A stretch of 59,544 nucleotides of DNA from Fimbriimonadia bacterium (GTDB taxonomy: Bacteria; Armatimonadota; Fimbriimonadia; Fimbriimonadales; JABRVX01). Position 1 is the stretch's first letter. Each line of letters starts with the position of its first letter. The DNA lies in the NCBI GenBank assembly GCA_041483895.1, contig JBGPGO010000019.1:1-59544 (forward strand), read 5' to 3'. Under the pieces are notes generated by a model. That model saw only the letters and a program-made list of their open reading frames with translations. It had not been told where the DNA came from and did not search any database. Position numbers and translations under genes: made by a program. Positions 39,403 to 47,872 of the stretch are shown in pieces.

Positions 39403-39795
39403 TCAATGTACTCCGCAGTTTCCCGGAAGTCCTTCAAAACGCGGTTGCTCTGTCCGTGCATGTTCGGCCACCTGACGGGCATGCTGTCTCAGCCCATCGG
39501 GATCGGGCTGCCAGTTGGTCTTGACGGAGCTGGCGAATTCGGCCATGATGTTGGCTTCGATGCCGATGCTGGCTATGCCGTTCTTTTTGCATTCGGCGAG
39601 GGTGGTTCCGGTGCCGCAGAACGGGTCTAGGACCTGGGCGCCCGGTTCCAGCCTGAACTTTGCGATGGTGTCCCGTACCAAGTGAGGCGGGAAGGAGAGC
39701 ACGAACCGGTACCAAGAATGAACCGCCTGGTCATTCGCCTGCAGTCTGTTTGCGTCGTGATTCCGATTCTCTTGTCTCGCGATTGCGTAGCTCAT
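39403..39795 (-). pseudogene. 3'-truncated N4/N6 DNA methyltransferase
   Basis: HSWYRFVLSFPPHLV and motif I VLDPFCGTGTT...IGIEAN are present. The ORF ends at ~130 aa with no (S/D/N)PPY catalytic motif and runs into the FGE gene. Confidence 0.75.
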
Positions 39796-40126
39796 GTTGG
39801 ATGTCCGACTGTGTGAGGGACGAGATATTGCACCCCGCCCACTCGTCCCCGATTCGCCGCGCGGCATTCCGAACCCTTTTCTTCGCTCGTACCAGTCTCG
39901 TAGACGCGGGTCGTCTTGCCGATACGAGATCGATTGTCGCCCCCAAGACCCGCGTGCGAAGGCCGGAACTAGTGATTGCTTCATGTTATGACAATCATGC
40001 GCTGGTCAAACGCGGGCTTTTGGCATCGGCGTAGGCAGGGCGACCGGTCAATTGGACCGCGTCCACCGAACTCGGGTAGCCTTGTCACAAAGCCAGCGAA
40101 GGCAAAAGGCAAGAAGGGGCTACGAA

Positions 40127-40615
40127 ATGAAATCTTCCATTTGGCAGATTTTGGCTGTTGGTGGACTTGTCTTGGCACTCTCGTCCTGCCATAAATCCAA
40201 TTCGAACTCATCTCTCAAATCTGTAGAAGCAACTGAGTTCGTGCTCCGCGACGGACGTGGCAACGTATGCGCAAAATTGACAGCAGGACCGTTGGGTGAA
40301 CCAGACCTGGAAATCTATGGAACGAACAGAAACGTTCAAATGAGACTTGGGTTGGAGAGCGATATCCCTACAATATTGCTCCTATCCGAAAAATCCGAGC
40401 CCGAACTAATGATGCAGGCGCTTTCGAAGGGCACAATTGTCATTTACGGCAAGGGACGTCAGCCAAAGGTGGTGATTGATCCTGATTACGTCACCATCTG
40501 GTCGGACGACAGAACGTCGCAATTGTTTCTCGGAGCGGGGACCTTTAGCAACGGCGATCCGATCATCCGTTTCTTCTCCCATGGGAAGAAATCGTTTGTT
40601 CATGCGCAGAACTAA
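40127..40615 (+). CDS. Hypothetical lipoprotein with short beta-repeats
   Basis: Lipobox LSSC; 'VEATEFVLRDGRG' followed by repeated 'P.L.(I/L)...G' units. Confidence 0.72.
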   Translation: MKSSIWQILAVGGLVLALSSCHKSNSNSSLKSVEATEFVLRDGRGNVCAKLTAGPLGEPDLEIYGTNRNVQMRLGLESDIPTILLLSEKSEPELMMQALSKGTIVIYGKGRQPKVVIDPDYVTIWSDDRTSQLFLGAGTFSNGDPIIRFFSHGKKSFVHAQN

Positions 40616-40666
40616 TCGATCGTTGCAGTTGCATGCTCCATGGGTTCCCGCCATTGGGGCCAACGG

Positions 40667-41863
40667 CTAAATCAACCCCAACTCCCGCCCCACCGTCCGG
40701 AATGCCTCCAGCGCATCCGACAAGTCCTGCGACGTGTGGGCCGCCGAGGGCATGGTGCGGATGCGCGCCCGGCCCCGCGCCACGGTGGGATATGAGATGC
40801 CGAGGGCGAAGACACCGAGCTCGAAAAGCCGCCGCTCCATCGTCTGCGTCTTCTCCTCGTCCCCGATGAACACCGGCGTGATCGGCGTCTCCGATCCCAT
40901 CGTGTCAAACCCCAAATCGGCGAGCGCCGCCTTCCACCATATCGTGTTGTCCCACAGCCGAGTCATCGGCGCCGGATCGTTTTCCATCACATCCAGCGAC
41001 GCGATCAGCGCCGCGGCTACCGCCGGTGGATGCGATGTGCTGAATAGATACGGCCGGCCCCGATTGATCAACCACTCCTTCAGCAGCGAAGACCCCGCGA
41101 TATACCCGCCGACCACCCCAAACGCCTTGCTCAGCGTCCCCAACTGAATGTCCACGCGCCCATACAGATTGAAGTGCGACGTGGTGCCCGCGCCGTTCTT
41201 GCCCAACACTCCGCTCGCGTGCGCGTCGTCCACCATAATCAGCGCATCATACTTCTCGGCGAGGGAAACAATCGCCGGCAAAGGGGCGATGTCCCCGTCC
41301 ATGCTGAACACCCCATCCGTCACAATCATCCGCTTCTTAAACTGCTGCGTTTTCTTTAGGATATCTTCCAACTGATTCATGTCCTTGTGCGCATACACAA
41401 ACCCGTCCAATTTCTTATATGCCGCGCCGGAAAGCCGCACGCCATCGATGATGCTGGCATGATTCAGCTCGTCGGAAATAATCACGTCCCCATCGACCAT
41501 GCACGCGGGAATGCAGCCGGAATTGGCCGTGAATCCGCTCGTGAAAACCAGCACAGCTTCCACTTTTTTGAACTGCGCCAGCCGCCGTTCCAACTCTTCG
41601 TGCACCGTCATCTGCCCGCCGATCCAGCGCACCGCCCCCGCGCCCACGCCCCACTCCTGCGCGGCCTTGATGAACGCTTCGCGCACTTTCGGATGGTTGG
41701 CCAATCCCAAATAGTTGTTGGAGGACATGTTGACGATATCGCGGCCACCGATAACAACGCGCCCCCCCGCCGGGCTCTCCAGCGTCCGCGGGTGCTTGTA
41801 CAGGTGCTGATCTTTGAGGGTCTGGACTTGCGATCCGAGCCAAGTTTGGAAGGTGTGATTCAT
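40667..41863 (-). CDS. kbl: Glycine C-acetyltransferase / 8-amino-7-oxononanoate synthase family PLP enzyme
   Basis: SNNYLGLA, DELNHASIIDG, TDGVFSMDGD, DDAH, GTLSKAFG. Confidence 0.85.
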   Translation of the reverse strand: MNHTFQTWLGSQVQTLKDQHLYKHPRTLESPAGGRVVIGGRDIVNMSSNNYLGLANHPKVREAFIKAAQEWGVGAGAVRWIGGQMTVHEELERRLAQFKKVEAVLVFTSGFTANSGCIPACMVDGDVIISDELNHASIIDGVRLSGAAYKKLDGFVYAHKDMNQLEDILKKTQQFKKRMIVTDGVFSMDGDIAPLPAIVSLAEKYDALIMVDDAHASGVLGKNGAGTTSHFNLYGRVDIQLGTLSKAFGVVGGYIAGSSLLKEWLINRGRPYLFSTSHPPAVAAALIASLDVMENDPAPMTRLWDNTIWWKAALADLGFDTMGSETPITPVFIGDEEKTQTMERRLFELGVFALGISYPTVARGRARIRTMPSAAHTSQDLSDALEAFRTVGRELGLI

Positions 41864-41880
41864 AGCGTCTCAGTATATCT

Positions 41881-42041
41881 TGTGTTGGGGTCTTGGTGGT
41901 CGGTTCGTGTTGGGGTCTTTGGTGGTCGGCATTCGGGAGCGTGCGGCAGGCGTGAACCCCAACACATCCCACGTCTACGCGATGTGCCGTGGTTCTCGAC
42001 TGCCGATATCTTGGGAAAGCCACAACCAAAGACCACGGCAC
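41881..42041. repeat. Cluster of ~61-bp inverted-arm elements (one reverse copy, one forward variant, one extra arm)
   Basis: 41907-41968 GTGTTGGGGTCTTTGGT-N28-GTGAACCCCAACACATC; 41981-42041 GATGTGCCGTGGTTCTC-N27-ACCAAAGACCACGGCAC; extra arm at 41881-41897. Confidence 0.85.
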
Positions 42042-42049
42042 GGGCCCGC

Positions 42050-42102
42050 AAAACGTGGCGGCGGACCGGATGGCACCCCTGCAACCCGGTCCGCCGCCGT
42101 TT
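42050..42102 (-). terminator. Terminator-like hairpin after the anti-sigma gene
   Basis: GGCGGCGGACCGG-N16-CCGGTCCGCCGCC then ACGTTTT on the minus strand. Confidence 0.65.
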
Positions 42103-42124
42103 CCCTCCGTTCGAGGTCAAAATC

Positions 42125-43003
42125 CTATTGTTGGATCGTAACCATTATCGTGCACATCGTCGAGAGGTGCTCCAACTCCCCGACGCGCTGCTTCAATCGA
42201 GCCGAATCCTCCCGCGCCCGTGCCACCTTGCGATCCAGTTCCAAAACCGTCTGCTGATCCTTAGCCTTGCCTATCCCCCTCAGATACTCCTGCTCCCGCA
42301 AAGCCAGATCATCGATCCCGCTTTTCAGCAGCGCCAGATCGGAAGAGACGTCCTTTCTTGTTGGCGCACTTTTTGCGACCTGCCCAATAGACCGCAGCCG
42401 AGCCAACGCCGCCTCCTGTTTCTGTCGGGGGACGCGGAACACGATCTGCTGCGGCCCGTTCTTGACCGGCCGAATCTCGGTTACCGCGGTGCCACCAAAG
42501 TCCGCTACCAGTTGGCGCAGCGCGCGAACTCCCGCATTTGCATTGGACCACTTCAGTTCCACCGTGGCTTCATGAACGTACACGGGGCGATGTTGCACGA
42601 CGCGCTCCGTTCTTGCGGGCGGCGCGTTTTTCCCGGAATCCAGTGATGTCGCCATCGATTTGCTGTCGTTTTTCGCAATCTGTATCCGATTGGCGTTGAT
42701 CACGATCACCGAAACGATCAGCACCGAGCAAGCTGCCGCCCCCGCCAAGCCGAGTCGCCAGAGCCTGGGCATCGTCCTGGGCCTGGGGGCCTGCACGGCC
42801 TCAAGAATCCGCGTGGTCAGGTACTCGGGCGCCTCGTGCTCGTCCAACTGACCCACCTGCCAACTCATCTCGGTCAGCTCATCCAGCAGGACCCGGCAGT
42901 CGGCGCAACCCATCAGGTGCCGCTCGACCTCCGCGGTCCGGGGTTCCGTCAATTCGTTGTCCAGGTACGCCTTCAGCTCTTCTTGTATATCGTCATGCCG
43001 CAT
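42125..43003 (-). CDS. Zinc-binding anti-sigma factor (zf-HC2) with TM and DUF4349-like periplasmic domain
   Basis: AYLDNEL...HLMGCADC; TM; 'FRVP', 'LRSIGQV....DVS', 'ELDRKVARAR'. Confidence 0.87.
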   Translation of the reverse strand: MRHDDIQEELKAYLDNELTEPRTAEVERHLMGCADCRVLLDELTEMSWQVGQLDEHEAPEYLTTRILEAVQAPRPRTMPRLWRLGLAGAAACSVLIVSVIVINANRIQIAKNDSKSMATSLDSGKNAPPARTERVVQHRPVYVHEATVELKWSNANAGVRALRQLVADFGGTAVTEIRPVKNGPQQIVFRVPRQKQEAALARLRSIGQVAKSAPTRKDVSSDLALLKSGIDDLALREQEYLRGIGKAKDQQTVLELDRKVARAREDSARLKQRVGELEHLSTMCTIMVTIQQ

Positions 43004-43006
43004 TTG

Positions 43007-43537
43007 CTACGTTGCCTCCACTTTGGCATCGGTCAAAATCTCGCGCAGCCGTTTCAGCGCGTTGAACAGCCGCGACTTTATCGTCCCCACCGGCGTCTTC
43101 AGCGCCTCGGCGATCTCTTTGTATGTCAGCCCGTGCAGCTCATGCAAGATCACGACCGACCGATGCTTCTCATCCAACCGATTCAGCGCGTCCGCCACCA
43201 CGCACCCATCCAGCTGCCGCTGCGCCGACCGGTCCGCGACCTCCCATGATGGCTCCGGCAGGTGCTGATGCTTTTCCTCCCGTAGCCGGTAGTTCTGGCA
43301 GGTGTTGAAGGTCACACGATAGATCCATGTCGAAAGGCTGGACGCGCCGCGGAACCGGGGCAGGCTTTTGAACACCTGGATGAACACCTCTTGGGTCACG
43401 TCGTCGGCCTCGCCGGGGCTGACAAGGCGGCAGGCGAGCCGGTACACGCGCGGCTGGAACCGTTCGAGAAGCTCCTCGAACGCCCCGTCCTCGCCCCGTG
43501 CGATCCGCCCGACTAGTTCCGCGTCTGGCATGTGCAT
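43007..43537 (-). CDS. ECF sigma factor (SigW/RpoE-like)
   Basis: ADDVTQEVF, FRGASSLSTWIYRV, GLTYKEIAEAL..PVGTIKSRL. Confidence 0.95.
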   Translation of the reverse strand: MHMPDAELVGRIARGEDGAFEELLERFQPRVYRLACRLVSPGEADDVTQEVFIQVFKSLPRFRGASSLSTWIYRVTFNTCQNYRLREEKHQHLPEPSWEVADRSAQRQLDGCVVADALNRLDEKHRSVVILHELHGLTYKEIAEALKTPVGTIKSRLFNALKRLREILTDAKVEAT

Positions 43538-43545
43538 ACGGTTAG

Positions 43546-43571
43546 TACGATCCCGGCGGTCGGAGGGTTCA
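43546..43571 (-). promoter_or_regulatory. ECF-type autoregulatory promoter TGAACC-N16-CGTA, 8 nt from the ATG
   Basis: Matches the SigW-type TGAAAC-N16-CGTA layout; no Shine-Dalgarno. Confidence 0.7.
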
Positions 43572-43585
43572 TTTGGGCGTCAGAC

Positions 43586-43785
43586 AGGGCAAGATGTGTT
43601 GGGGTTCACTACCTCCACCACGCTCGGCCCACCTGGAACCAAGACCCCAACACACCATCCCATCCCACAGTGATCACATTATTGAGGGTGCCCGCCGTTG
43701 CCCGAGGAATCCAAAGGGCAAGATGTGTTGGGGTTCACTATGTCCACCACGCCCGGCCCCCCAGAAACCAAGACCTCAACACATC
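43586..43785. repeat. Two tandem copies (129-bp period) of the ~61-bp inverted-arm element
   Basis: 43593-43653 and 43722-43782: GATGTGTTGGGGTTCAC-N28-ACCAAGACCYCAACAC, each preceded by AGGGCAA. Confidence 0.88.
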
Positions 43786-44005
43786 ATCGACCTGCCCCCG
43801 ATGCATCAACAATCACATTCAGACGCCTCGATAGCTCCAGCCGCCGAGACCATGCCCGCGACTCTGGTCCCGCGCGATTAGTCTCGACAGGATGCCCTGT
43901 CACAAGTTTGAATCAGGTCTTGTTGCCGCACATCATCGTTGAGGCATGGCATAATCAAACGATAGAGGGACCGCAATCAACTACGCTACGGAGATGCGAA
44001 GCCAT

Positions 44006-44584
44006 TCACCGCTTGTCGAATACCACGCGCACAGCACTAGACATCTGTTCAGGGGACACCGCAGCTTCGTAGAGTCGTATCACCGCACCAACATGGAGAC
44101 CGATCTTATGGCTCTGAGCGTGGATTTCTCCGCCATATCTCAACACTTCTTTCGCCTTCTCATCTGTGAGAAAACCTGCTATAACTAATTCAAGTGAGAA
44201 TTGCACCACGTCCGTCGCCCAATCTTCCGTGCGGTCCGCTGCTTCCGAAAGGTTTATTCCATACGGCAGCCTGCCGAATTCAGCGCAATTCTTCCTGATG
44301 AATTCTGAACCGCTGACGAGTATATCGCGCCTTTTTTTCAATAAATCGACTTTGCTATATGGTTGGCGCGATGCGGAGAAATCCACCTCGGCCAGAATTT
44401 GGGCCATGTGTGAGATGGATTCAATTGCTCTCGGTGACCATGCTGCGGCTTGAGGTGGCGACATAAGCTCCGATCTCAATCTTTGGACATTCTGCGCAAT
44501 ATAGCTACGAAGTTCCTTCTCGCCGTCCAACGTGGATGCGTAGGCAGCAAGAACTAGTATGGAGGAAAGGATTAGCTTGCTCAT
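44006..44584 (-). CDS. Hypothetical exported alpha-helical protein
   Basis: Signal peptide MSKLILSSILVLAAYA; TATCAT 6 nt upstream. Confidence 0.65.
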   Translation of the reverse strand: MSKLILSSILVLAAYASTLDGEKELRSYIAQNVQRLRSELMSPPQAAAWSPRAIESISHMAQILAEVDFSASRQPYSKVDLLKKRRDILVSGSEFIRKNCAEFGRLPYGINLSEAADRTEDWATDVVQFSLELVIAGFLTDEKAKEVLRYGGEIHAQSHKIGLHVGAVIRLYEAAVSPEQMSSAVRVVFDKR

Positions 44585-44863
44585 CGTTGAATGATACCTT
44601 TGACACCCCGCGATCCGGTCTTGTTAGCTTGTGCCCCGAAATGATTCCACCGCTGATCGTGCATACCGACGCCGCAAGCCAACAAATGCCTCGGATGCCC
44701 TACGAGCCACGTTCGTGAGGCTAATTTGGGAATCCACAATTTGATGGTGGAGGCACTTCAATCGACTCCTTAACGACTAGCTTTTGCCTTTGCACCTCAC
44801 TCCATCACAAAAATGCCCGAAAATCCTCCGATGAGCAGTGTAGTGATTCACCAACTGTAACCA

Positions 44864-45871
44864 TTAATCCCCTGCGATGATCGAACGTCGCATGCTACGG
44901 ATGGCGTTCTTCCTCGCCTTTCTGATGGATTCGAGATCAATCGCGGGGTCCCACGCGGCATTTCGGTGCGCGCGGATATGAGCTTCTGTATCATAGTTCG
45001 ACAATAATGTACTATCCGCTAAAATTCGACGATATGCCTCTAACGCAATGATCTCCAGTTCGCCGGCCACGCCGACCCAGCGATCATGCGCAATTCGGTC
45101 AGATTCATCAGGCCTTTTGGCTTGCTCCAATGGGATTGCGTGAGCAATGCAGCTTCGTATCTTGTAAGCTTGTCGAAATAGTTCCTCATAGCTAGAACCA
45201 GAAGATGTTAGCTTGGACGCATACTCTACAAAACTCTCCTTCCCTTCACGTCGTCCAGAAGCAATTAGGGCATCTATCGCGCGAACGAAATGAAAAGTCC
45301 GTTCCGGGATTTCGCTTTCCATCAAGCCATTCATCAGCGCCCTTGTTCCCCTTGCGAATCGTCGATAACTACCCGTGGAAAGGGCCGACATGAGCAAATT
45401 CGCTTGCGATTCCAGGGTGAGCAGCAAGTCTTCCGTCACAGGAGCATAGGGAACCTTTTTGTGGTAATAGAAGCTTCCGTAGAAATTAAGTTGTTGGATC
45501 CAAGTCTGCTGTGTGTTATGGCCCTTAAGAAAAATGATGTCGTGACCCCATAGGCGAATTCCGTTGGCAAAAAGACAGAAGATCAGCCGTCGAATTCTAT
45601 CATCCAGTTCGTCGAATTCACCGTCGAGGACGTCTGGTTGTAGGGCTGGTTTTTGTACCACAAGCAGGACCCCTGACTCCATAAGGCGGTTGCACTGAAA
45701 CCGACCTAGATCCTCCTTCCACATATCCAGAAGCGAACCTGGCAGTCTCTTGTGTACGCTCAGATGCGGTCCGAGCAGTAGTTCTTCGCCACGAAAGCTA
45801 TTGCGAGTACACAGCATCGCTGCGGAAAACTTCGAATCAGGTACTAAGTGCAAAGGGTTGTCTGCTACCAT
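44864..45871 (-). CDS. HEPN-motif protein (ApeA/MAE_28990-like architecture)
   Basis: C-terminal helical region with 'FVRAIDAL' and Rx4H (YKIRSCIAH); visibly more AT-rich than the core genes. Confidence 0.65.
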   Translation of the reverse strand: MVADNPLHLVPDSKFSAAMLCTRNSFRGEELLLGPHLSVHKRLPGSLLDMWKEDLGRFQCNRLMESGVLLVVQKPALQPDVLDGEFDELDDRIRRLIFCLFANGIRLWGHDIIFLKGHNTQQTWIQQLNFYGSFYYHKKVPYAPVTEDLLLTLESQANLLMSALSTGSYRRFARGTRALMNGLMESEIPERTFHFVRAIDALIASGRREGKESFVEYASKLTSSGSSYEELFRQAYKIRSCIAHAIPLEQAKRPDESDRIAHDRWVGVAGELEIIALEAYRRILADSTLLSNYDTEAHIRAHRNAAWDPAIDLESIRKARKNAIRSMRRSIIAGD

Positions 45872-46151
45872 GACTTGCTCAATTTACCCGCGACGCGCCG
45901 GAGTGTTCTCACCCATGAGCAAACTGTCTTCCGATCTCCTGACCGGGCAACTCCGGCCCGCAGATCAGGGCGCGCTAGCCAGGCACACGCTTGGCCCAAT
46001 AGTCCTAAAGAGTAGACAAGCGTCTATATCAACTGGTACAATATCCCCCAACTGTGGCCACAGGATTGCAAAAAAGCCAAGTCATATATGACGAAACTTT
46101 TCCGGAGTGACAATCGGGAAACCGAGAACCACCCCCGGTTCATGCAGGGAG

Positions 46152-46189
46152 TGAGGCGATCCCGGCAACGGGATCGCCAAAACTCAAAG
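46152..46189. repeat. 38-bp hairpin repeat, copy 1
   Basis: TGAGGCGATCCCG-GCAA-CGGGATCGCCAAAACTCAAAG; 32/38 identical to 47170-47207. Confidence 0.75.
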
Positions 46190-46227
46190 CCCCTTCACAG
46201 TGCGACTGTGCAGGGAAAAAATTTAGC

Positions 46228-46947
46228 TCATCTACGTCGGTGGAGAAGCATCGCTCCCACGCCAACACTGAGAATCGTCAAACTCGCCGGCTCCGGTACT
46301 ACCGCGATCGTCACATTATCGACATCGATGCACGAGTCGCCCTGAAAGACTTGACCTGTGCTGTACAGTTCGAAGCTGTCGTACGTGTCGATCGGCAAGT
46401 CGAGGCGACGGTGGGTTGGGACGGACTGGAAATCAAAGGAGAAAGAAACGGATTGAATGATGTCCGTTCCTCGGTAGCCCCTGAGGGTCAGTGTGTTGAC
46501 GCCCGGTTCGCCGGGAAAAGTCCAGACGTCGAGCCCGGCCGTTGTTGCAAGGGTGTCGGAAGTGAACCAGAAGGCGCCGATACAACCAAATGCCATATTG
46601 GGCCCAGGTACGTATGCTCCAAAGCCAAGGACGTTCGGGGGGCTCAGGTCTGGACCCAGGAGTCCGTCGCTTGCATCCTCGATAACGAAGTAGGTCGCGC
46701 CGCCTTCGTGAGTGATGACGTCGTGGAAGCGGATGCCGCCGTTCGAGAACATGTCGTAGGATTCGCCTTCGATCCTATCATCGAAATTCGCCAAGAGGGC
46801 GCTGGACATGGCCGCCGCCCCAAATAGCACAAGGGCAACGGCCGAACGAATTGAAGACGCGAATGGATTGGAGTGGAGCGACTTCGCTCCGGAGGACACT
46901 GAGAGCGCCGACTTCGTCGAAAGCGCAATCAGTTTTTCATAATTCAT
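46228..46947 (-). CDS. PEP-CTERM sorting domain protein
   Basis: C-terminal VPEPASLTILSVGVGAMLLHRRR; signal-like segment; GGAGGG RBS. Confidence 0.9.
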   Translation of the reverse strand: MNYEKLIALSTKSALSVSSGAKSLHSNPFASSIRSAVALVLFGAAAMSSALLANFDDRIEGESYDMFSNGGIRFHDVITHEGGATYFVIEDASDGLLGPDLSPPNVLGFGAYVPGPNMAFGCIGAFWFTSDTLATTAGLDVWTFPGEPGVNTLTLRGYRGTDIIQSVSFSFDFQSVPTHRRLDLPIDTYDSFELYSTGQVFQGDSCIDVDNVTIAVVPEPASLTILSVGVGAMLLHRRR

Positions 46948-47028
46948 GACGTGATCCCTCCAGGATCTGGATGGTCTCGTCCAGGATTGGTTGGGCCGAC
47001 ATTAAAGTATTCTAATCATACATGGTGG

Positions 47029-47057
47029 ATTATATAGTGATTTCTCCGGATTGTCAA
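47029..47057 (-). promoter_or_regulatory. Perfect consensus sigma70 promoter of the PEP-CTERM gene
   Basis: TTGACA-ATCCGGAGAAATCACTA-TATAAT. Confidence 0.85.
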
Positions 47058-47169
47058 GCTAAGGCGATATGATGGAGCGTCCCTCCTTGACGCTTGTTCA
47101 TCCGGTCTCCTGACTGTGCAACTCTGGCCCACCAAGCCGGCACGCTTTGTCCGAAAGTCCCAAAAAGTA

Positions 47170-47207
47170 TGAGGCGGTCCCGGTGCCGGGATCGCCAGAT
47201 CTCAAAG
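47170..47207. repeat. 38-bp hairpin repeat, copy 2 (probable terminator of the cyclophilin gene)
   Basis: TGAGGCGGTCCCG-GTGC-CGGGATCGCCAGATCTCAAAG, preceded by an A-run. Confidence 0.75.
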
Positions 47208-47227
47208 TGAACTGACGCTGAGCGGCT

Positions 47228-47797
47228 TCACTTAGCCCTTCGAATGTTCTTAATGGTAATCGGCGGTGTAAGCGCCTGATCCCTCGCGGGCAGCTTCTGA
47301 ATTCTTCGGACGACATCCATTCCTTTCACCACCCTCCCAAAGGCGGCGAAGCCCTGGCCATCCGGGTTTCGTTTGCCGCCGAAATCGAGTTCGGGTTGAT
47401 CGCCAATGCAGATGAAGAAGTCGGAAGTTGCCGTGTCCGCCCCGTCGCGAGCCATCGAGATCGTTCCGTCGAGGTGCTTCAAACCGGTCAGATTCGTACG
47501 CTCGAGCTTGATGGGAGGGAAATCCTTCTTTTCGAAGTCGGGCCCGACACCGACTTGGATCACCTCAATCTTGATCTTCTTGTCCGGCTGGTTGTCCATC
47601 GTCACCGTTCTGTGGAATTTGCCGTTCTTGTAGTGCCCGGCGTCGATGTAACGGTAGAAGTTCTTCGTCGTCACGGGGGCTTTTTCAGGCTCGAGTTCAA
47701 CCATAATGTCGCCTAGCGAGGTTTCGATAACGACTTTCGGCTTCGGGGACTGGTGCGCGAAAGGTAATAACAACGCGCCCAAGATGATCCACTTCAT
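47228..47797 (-). CDS. Exported cyclophilin-type peptidyl-prolyl isomerase
   Basis: KAPVTTKNF, FHRTV, GTISMAR, ATSDFFI, FGRVVKGMDVV; short signal peptide. Confidence 0.93.
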   Translation of the reverse strand: MKWIILGALLLPFAHQSPKPKVVIETSLGDIMVELEPEKAPVTTKNFYRYIDAGHYKNGKFHRTVTMDNQPDKKIKIEVIQVGVGPDFEKKDFPPIKLERTNLTGLKHLDGTISMARDGADTATSDFFICIGDQPELDFGGKRNPDGQGFAAFGRVVKGMDVVRRIQKLPARDQALTPPITIKNIRRAK

Positions 47798-47872
47798 GTG
47801 CAAAGTATATCCGCCCCGAGGCGCCACGGTCTCCCAACGGCGGCTCCGTGCATGGGTCGGCACGTCCTCCCG

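Noticed and set aside
43586..43785. CRISPR array reading of the tandem repeats
   Set aside because: There are only two tandem units, their loops resemble each other, the arms are inverted partners, and no cas genes are in the window.
41881..43785. Integron attC reading of the hairpin elements
   Set aside because: The GTT/AAC order is opposite to attC, AAC is lost in the variant copy, and no integrase is present.
44745..44753. TGGTGGAGG as a tRNA/tmRNA 3'-end att remnant
   Set aside because: The match is only 9 bp and does not continue into a T-arm.
46122..46152. IS200/IS605-like end sequence
   Set aside because: The resemblance is loose, the hairpin is poor, and no tnpA or tnpB fragment is seen.
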